A stretch of 64,000 nucleotides of DNA from assembly GCA_030390025.1 (NCBI GenBank), contig CM059435.1, forward strand, positions 51,584,001 through 51,648,000, read 5' to 3'. Below are positions 62,955 to 64,000 of this stretch, piece after piece. Position numbers and translations under genes: made by a program. The notes under the pieces were generated by a model. The model was not told the DNA's origin, searched no databases, and was given only the letters and a program-made list of their open reading frames with translations. The DNA comes from Squalus acanthias. Its lineage: Eukaryota. The stretch's first letter is position 1; every line of letters starts with the position of its first letter.

Positions 62955-63730
62955 GGAATCAGGTAATCCCACCAATCAGGTTTCTGCCTCTTCCACAACA
63001 ATGAAACTGTCCTAATCATGAATGAAATTCTCTGTGATTGTGACAGTGGTGAATTATCCATCCTTCTTCAACCCCTCCGCATCCTTTTATACACTTGACC
63101 ACACCATCCTCCTCCAATGCCTCACCTTTGCTGTCCAACTTGGTAGGTCTGAAATTGCTTCCACTCTTCCCTATCTAATCATAGCCAGAGCATCTCATCC
63201 CACTGCGGCACCATCAGCTCGGGGTCCCCCAAGGATCAAGCTTTTCCTCCTCCTCTTCCTGATATATGTGCTGCCTCCCTGGCAAAATCATCCACCGACA
63301 TAGGGTCAGCTTCTACACGTATGCTGAGCACACCCAGCTCTACCTCTCCACCACCTTCTCTCAATCCCTCCACTGCCTCTGCTGTGACACTGCTCGTCTG
63401 ACATTCAGTCTTGGATGAACAACAACTTGCATTTATATAGCACATTTAGCATAGTAAAACGTCCCAAGGTGCTTCACAAGAGCATAAATCAGACAAAAAA
63501 AAATTAACACTGAGCCAAAAAAGGAGAGAGTAAGACAGGCGACCAAAAGCTTGGTCAAAGAGGTAGGCTTTAAGGAGCGTCTTAAAAGGAGGAGAGAGAG
63601 AGCTGGAGAGGCGGAGAAAGGTTTAGGGAGGGAATTCCAACAGTTGAAGGCACAGCCACCAATGGTGGGGCAAAGGAAATGGAACAATAAAGGTCATGGA
63701 TGACAAGAGCCTTGATCGCAAGTGAGCGGA
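62955..63730. mobile_element. Two L2 fragments meeting in opposite orientation (+ to ~63418, - from ~63418)
   Basis: QSGFC..HNNET.L, TLDHTILL, YAEHTQLYL on +; reverse-complement L2 tail CAACAACTTGCATTTATATAGCAC from 63420. Confidence 0.75.
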
Positions 63731-64000
63731 CATGCTGAAGGGAAACGAGGAGGGCGGTGATTGTTGATTCACCAGCAGAGTCCAAGGGGACAGTGGTGGG
63801 TTGGGTGAGTGGAATAGAGAAAGGAAAACAAAGAAACCAGTTAATTCAGAGCGGAAGCAAGAGAGTGGGGAGAATGTATATTCTGGGCCTATTAAGAGCC
63901 CAACAACAGGAGACAGAGCGAGCAGGACAGATGGAATTTCCCTGCCAATCACTAACAAAGCTATTTTCAATGCATGGAGCTCACTGCAGGAGCAACACGC

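Overview
Vertebrate nuclear DNA, almost certainly from a cartilaginous fish (shark-type repeat landscape). The only protein-coding gene I recognise is cadherin-22 (cdh22, + strand): its penultimate 252-nt exon (42262-42513, end of EC5 plus most of the TM helix) and last coding exon (44463-44959, cytoplasmic domain). I found no upstream exon, so 1-42261 is probably one large intron. Most of the rest is decayed mobile DNA: CR1 and L2 LINEs, Deu-domain (SacSINE1-like) and LF-SINE-like SINEs, PIF/Harbinger-type elements, a hAT transposase fossil, a hAT MITE and Penelope-like (PLE) fragments. The best leads are: (1) an apparently ORF1-less APE-RT retrotransposon whose 5' end is a tRNA-Thr-like Pol III head, seen twice with target-site duplications (TSDs) enclosing head plus ORF; (2) a young ~99% perfect 301-bp palindromic PLE insert with a minimal hammerhead ribozyme in each arm; (3) a MITE family with three conserved consensus 5' splice sites; (4) a candidate alternative terminal exon that would give a TM-less, secreted CDH22; (5) a multi-level nested transposon stack with readable TSDs. 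Family names come from motif recall, not database searches, and novelty cannot be established from sequence alone. Boundaries of old repeats are approximate unless a TSD is quoted.
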